From Nemertoderma westbladi (lineage: Eukaryota > Animalia > Xenacoelomorpha), in NCBI GenBank assembly GCA_032718475.1, contig JAUCBJ010005684.1:1-37979 (forward strand): DNA of 37,979 nt, written 5' to 3'. Each line of letters begins with the position of its first letter. The stretch's first letter is position 1. Under the pieces are notes generated by a model, which saw only the letters and a program-made list of their open reading frames with translations, was not told the origin of the DNA and ran no database searches. Positions 32,214-37,979 of the stretch are shown here, piece after piece. A program made the translations under genes and the position numbers.

Positions 32214-32287
32214 AATAAATATTCAAACAAATCTCAAATCAATAATGTGAATAATCTCTGTAATTCTTTTAATTATCATGAAATAAA
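32214..32287 (+). terminator. Candidate polyadenylation signals AATAAA (32214-32219, 32282-32287)
   Basis: Hexamers 200-270 nt after the stop. The AT-rich context makes chance matches likely. Confidence 0.3.
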
Positions 32288-35200
32288 CGAATCTCTAACA
32301 AAAGCACCAGATTCAAAAATTAATTGAGTATATTTGCAGTAATTATTGAACTTGTATTCCAGGAACTATATAATAAGTGTTAGCTGGTATCATATGAAAC
32401 GTGATGCTTTTACATAATAGAGTTCACTATTTTCTCTCATGATCAACCCAATTTATAAAAAGTGACATCATTCTTTAACGTGAAAAAGGTCAAAAGGCTA
32501 AATGTAAAGACATTATTTGTATTATTCTTCACAATGTTGCCTTTTTAACCCGCTCTTATTTTAATCCCGCCGGGAGATCAATACTCCCTCCCATATAAAT
32601 AGATAAGAATATATTTTTCGGGGAAAAAGTACCTTGATACCACAGGGTTCAGGTGCTATCAGATATCACCTTCTATAAAGACGAGTAAAGAAGAGGAGAG
32701 AAACCCGCCATCGACAATGAGGGAAAAATATCGACGATATAGCGGGTCGTCGCCAGACTTCAGTAGCGACGACGGCGGAGGCAACACCAAACCAGGACAA
32801 CGACACCGACACCGACACAACCTGGGGGGGGGGGGGGTTCTGCCGAACCGAACAGCAACGTGGTACGGGATAATGAGCGACTCCTACTTCTTTTTAGACC
32901 AGGAGGGAGGGATTTCGAGAGGAAATTAGGCAATGTTAAGAATATAATGACTTGCATCGATTTTTTCGCGTATCACCTTTTGATGTATAAATTACCTCTT
33001 TCACTAAAACGCGCTCGCCAAATTATATAAATGAAATAAAATATATAAATATCTTGATCAACGAGAAATTATCATTTACAAAATAGTTATTTATATCATG
33101 CTTTCATTTTACATATTTCAGCTGTTTATGGAGTTAGCACTTTGCAGTGAGCTAATCTGAATGGTTTGTAATGTAGTAATGAGCTAGTGTTTACACCCAA
33201 GTATACCGTATGAGGTTCAGAACGCTGTAAAGTACTTTGCAACAAGAATGTTACAATTATTGTAGAACAAATTATAACATTACAAATCTCTTTTAAAAAC
33301 TTTTGTAGTTATTATTATTGGTGAAATTTCTCAAGTTTATTATATAGGAATTGATAGAGCATAAAAGTATATTCATTTTTACTCCTCTTATTGAAAAATG
33401 CATCCATCCAGAGCTGAAGATGTTGCCTGATTTAGCGTATGCTGGTGCGTGTACCGGTATAGTTTGCTAGTTGATGGCCAGAACTTGAGGATTTGTCTGT
33501 TGAGGTTATCGTAACAACCATAGAGCAAATACAAGCATTAGGTTCAGTAGCATTGTAAAGTTTTGCACAGTCTTAAAACATATATTTAGGGCTTGTTTAC
33601 AGTTTTATTGTGCTATTTTATCAAACAAAATGGAGATATAATGTGGTATATTAAACCTACTTGCTTTAAATACTTAATGACCTAAACAGTATAAACAAGT
33701 AATGTATAATTACATAAAATATTACATATTATATTAAATTTTAATCAACTTTGTCTACTAACTATAAAAGCATGTGGTAAATACAACCAATACGGTAAAA
33801 AGTACTTTTAATTCTGGATTTTAACTTAGTTACACCAAAATTTAGCGCTGTTTCGAGGAGTCCTGAAAGATGCTGCACCCTTTCGGCACTCTTAATACGT
33901 AAAACAGATGTTTTGTGTAACTCACAATAATCCATGCCAATTCCCATAGCCAATCGAAAAACCTGACAATTTAATATTTGAAAGACTACGAGTACCATCC
34001 ACTATCATCGTGAGGGATCATAATATATAATATTACACGTATGTTTGTTTTACACATCGGTAATATTCAAAAATTTCAACTTTACTTCAACATTACGCAG
34101 TTATTATTAACAGCTAGTTGTTTATGTAGCTCAGTATAATATCTCCAGAGGACAACATATCGTATTACAGCTGTACGCTCAAAATATATATTGTAGACTT
34201 TGACTATACATCCCTCTACAAGTACTTTATTTAATTACCGAACTTGAGCCTGAAACTTGCAAATGGAAATTTAAAAATTTAATTTTCATTCGGTTTCGTT
34301 TCGGCGTTGTTTCTTAAAGTAACAATTTTAGAATAAAACTAAATACATACATGTTGCAAACTACTTTACAGTGTTATAATACTCGCGGAATTATTTACAC
34401 TCACCCATTCACTACTTTCCTTTGTGGAGCAAAACATTCGGATCAGCAAATGTTAATTTGTTACTCACAACTTAACACACAAGTAAAAATATGTAAATAG
34501 TTATTACTAAAACATCATAAAGTTTCCAGGAGTAAAGTTCAGGTTCTAGAATTATTCCATCCTTACACCCAGTATAGTTAACTGAGGTTCGAAGTGCGAG
34601 GAGTAGCTGAATCATCCTATATTTATGTAGGTCCAGAATATACATTGTTAATACATTAAACAGCTCTAGAAATACTCACACACCCCATTATTTTAGATTC
34701 AGAAATTATATTTTGAGGTTGATGTTTGCTAATAGGTTTCAGACCAAGAGGAAAATGAAATTAATCAAGTTTTATGTTGTGTGTTTATAGCCTAGGCCTA
34801 ATACATTGTAGAAATTACTCGTTATTAGTGGTGTTGGTGCAGTAAAACCCTTCTGTTTGAAAATAAACATGTTCTTAGAAGATTAAATCATATTTATTTA
34901 AATTTACTCAATTCAGTTACTAATTACCACTCGTATCTTACATCACAAATACCTCCTCGCTTATCACTAAGATCTAGATACATTCGATTACTCATGTTTG
35001 AATCAATCATTACGTCACGCCCTCCACAACGTCACAACCGTTATCGCTTAGAATAAAGTTTGCTTTCTGTAAAGTAAACCCTTTCTTTATATGCCACCTG
35101 TTGTCCCCATTTATTTACTCTGGAACTCCTGAATAAGAAATTAATCCGAGTAAATTAGTCTATCCATAACTGAATACATTGATATTGTGATTAATTTATA

Positions 35201-35939
35201 ACATTCAACATTTTAATATAAAATTATCAAGTATATCATTTATTTAAAATTAGTATATTAAGTTATTAAATTAAATTATTATCTCACGTTTGAAAGAATA
35301 TACTGTTAAGAGCCTGACGTAATAAATAATACTTAGTTATTAATAATTATTAGTTTTTATTAACTGTGTTTCTTTGGTTTATAGTTTATTAATTACGTAC
35401 TGGATATGTTTAATATTTTAAAAACTAAGGCGGGAAACTTGGTAAAAAAGCCGCCACGTTGTAAAAAAAAAAGAAGGAGTGCACAATAACACTAATCAAT
35501 TGTACATTGACTGTAAGATTATTTAATTTCACAACTCAAAACAACATAATTCATTTAAATTGAGAAATTAAGAGAAATTTGAATTAATTTTATGCTCTTC
35601 TTCCTTCCGTTCTTCCGTAACTTCTTGCTCCTCCGTCTGGTTGGCTATTAGTTGAGACTCGCATACCGAAGTAGGGTGGTATCAGGACGCAACAATAAAA
35701 ATCCATCCCCCTCCAGTGGTCTCCGGGTGGTCTCCGGATGCAATAAAATCGGCCAACCGACGCAAATAACAGCGGTTGACAGCGGTTGAAAAATATAACT
35801 ATAATCTGTTCTATTGACTTTCGTTTATTGTTTTGATTATAATAACGTGGAACTGTAACCTGATCGTTAATTGATAATTAAACATCCCCCCCCCCCCCAC
35901 ATTGTTTCCGCTTACCCATTCGCACATGGTACTCTCACT

Positions 35940-37519
35940 GCCGGGGACTGGTCCACCCTACCTGATGGGCGGAAAAGCCAACCCACCACCAACGTTAAGG
36001 CAGATTCACCAGCAAATTGCCTCAATAATGGTTGGAAGGCCCACTTTGAAAAGCTCCTCAATAATGACAGGGTATTGCTTGATAACTTTATAGAAGTAAA
36101 AGTGTCTGGGTCTGTATTCCCAGATATTCCCATTGGCGATATCGCCTTTGCAGAAGTGAATGCGCAAAAAACATTAAGACCAATCGTGCCAGTGGAGTAG
36201 ATGGTGTTCCCCCTGAGGTCTTTAAAATAGATGAGTGTTTGAAGCTCATTTATCCCATCATTGTAGACATGAACAGAACAACAAGAGTCCCTCAGGAAAT
36301 GAAACAAATAAGTTGGTGCCAGTTCCCAAGAAGGGCAACCTAACACTATGGTTATTTTCGGGGAATATCATTGATCTCGATTGCTGCAAAGCTATATAAC
36401 ATAATTATTTTAAATCGCAACAGGGATCTCATTGAGAGACTGCTCCGTGGAAATCAGAATGGGTTCCGTAAAGGTCGTGGGACCATGGAGCCCATTTTAT
36501 CACTTATAAGGATATGTGAAAAGTTATCAAAAAACAAGTCTCTCGTTCACTGTTCTACGCATGTCCTTAGATCATCATAATGATGATGGGGTGATGATAA
36601 CTCCACCTACTGGCTCCAGAAGTCGAGGAAATCCTGCAAAGTACCTAACTGATATAGACTTTGCTGATGACTTAGGAGTACTCCCAGAATCACTAGAGGC
36701 GGCAGGGATTCCAACGTCTCCTCAGCTCATTAGAACAGGCTGCTTCTAGTGTTAGTATTTTTAATAACTACAAACAGACCATCATTTTGACAGTTAACTT
36801 TGAAAGTCCTCAGCAAATATCTGATCGGATGAGCATAAGCTCAAAGGATGTTATGCTTGAGCATGTGAACGACTTCTGTTACCTGGGATCTTCGAATACG
36901 TAAGGGAAAGGCATGGGCAGCATTGAATGGGCTTTCCAGGATATGGCAGTCACACAGAATTCATCACTTAAAGTCTAAGTATTTAGACATGCTAGGCTCT
37001 GCTCATGCAGGATACCAAATATCTGGATGGCACATTCACAAGAATGCTACGTCGGGTTAACTGTGTCAAGTACAATGCACACATCTCCCACCAGAAACTA
37101 TATAACATTGGAGGTGTCTCATTGGATCCCCCAACGTTGGTCCACACTAGAACAAAGCCGCCTCTGTTTTGCAGGAGATTGTTTTCGACGGTAGGACCAG
37201 CGTGTGCAGTGCACAATCTTGTGTTTTGGCAGCCCCATGGAGAAAATAAGCATGGTAGATATTCCATGAATTTCGTGAGACGCCTTCTAAAGCCCTTGAA
37301 GATGCGTATAATCTTGCGAAAGTCGTGGAGGATAGGGTGTTGTGGCGGTGCATATGTGTTGATATGCTGGCGGCCACAGCATTCTTAATGAACGCTGCAT
37401 TGGCCTTGCCAATTGTGGATTGCATGGTGGTGACAAAATACTTGTTTAAACCGGTATAGCGGTATAGCATCTCAATGTTCAGTTTCAATGCAGCAGGTCG
37501 ATTACAGTAGTAGTAGTAG
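35940..37519 (+). pseudogene. Decayed RTE-like LINE (ORF2 RT pseudogene) with (TAG)n tail
   Basis: Fragments WKAHFEKLL, ISIAAKLYNIIILNR..LRGNQNGFRKGRGT, LTDIDFADDL and LDGTFTRMLRR lie in shifting frames with stops. The DxxxAFD and QG motifs are deleted; the tail is at 37506-37519. Confidence 0.88.
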
Positions 37520-37562
37520 ACCCCCACCCTACTCATACCTTAATTATGCCAGTATGCTCTGG

Positions 37563-37787
37563 TTCCACCTTGGTGTAGTGGTTGCATTAAATTCACATCT
37601 CCTGTAGGTCGTCTTTAAAGGGACCAGCCAGGGCGCATCTCTGCCTTGCATCCTAAAGTGGTAGCTAAATGAGTACTTTCCTCTGGGAAGTAAAGTTCTG
37701 GGGGGGGGGGGCCGCACTGGAAATAAGTCGTCAGACTTTGTGCGTAATCCCTGGCCTGCAGCCAAAGAAAATTTACTTTACTTTACT
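37563..37787 (+). mobile_element. tRNA-derived SINE copy with (TTTAC)n tail
   Basis: A-box-like TGGTGTAGTGGT at 37571, body shared with 9095-9245, and TTTACTTTACTTTAC at ~37772-37786. Confidence 0.6.
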
Positions 37788-37916
37788 GGCTAAACCAATG
37801 GATAGGCCTATATTTCATTAGTTAAACGAATAAAAAGTACCCTTTTTTGGTAAAAACGAACCGCCCTTTTAAAATTCTGGCTACGGGCCTGTAAACTAGT
37901 ACTGTAAAAACAAATA

Positions 37917-37979
37917 AATCTCGCGAAAGTCATGGGGGATAGGGTGTTGTGGCGGTACAAATGTTTTTGTTAAGCTGGC
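37917..37979 (+). mobile_element. Start of another RTE-like LINE 3' fragment (cut by window end)
   Basis: aatctcgcgaaagtcatgggggatagggtgttgtggcggt is nearly identical to 37310-37349. Confidence 0.7.

Noticed and set aside
33000-35900. Additional gene or exons downstream
   Set aside because: AT-rich, with no ORF carrying recognisable motifs and no consistent exon chain that I could support.

Overview
AT-rich eukaryotic (very probably invertebrate animal) genomic DNA, not prokaryotic. The window holds the 3' part of one large spliced gene on the + strand. Ten coding exons between 1216 and 32012 join in frame into at least ~1,330 aa; the N-terminus and signal peptide lie upstream of the window. 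Domain order: short Thr-rich exon, a ~770-aa single-exon (TAGTGSTTAGTGA)n repeat (mucin-like, with a resemblance to ice-nucleation-protein repeats), five thrombospondin type-1 repeats (one per phase-1 exon), a LamG/ConA-like domain, a Pro/acidic linker, a hydrophobic anchor and an 8-aa tail. The introns are full of repeats: a 37-bp minisatellite, a 12.7-kb array of a 38-bp satellite (~335 copies, with a binary A/G variant code and higher-order duplications), a 5'-truncated LINE with an open RT frame fused head-to-head to an RTE-like LINE fragment, several TTAA-flanked non-autonomous DNA transposons (piggyBac-like, Kolobok-like), a foldback/MULE-like element with a 9-bp TSD, a Crypton-like hairpin element and a tRNA-derived SINE. 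A decayed RTE-like LINE and a second SINE copy lie downstream of the gene. All calls come from manual reading; no database searches were run.
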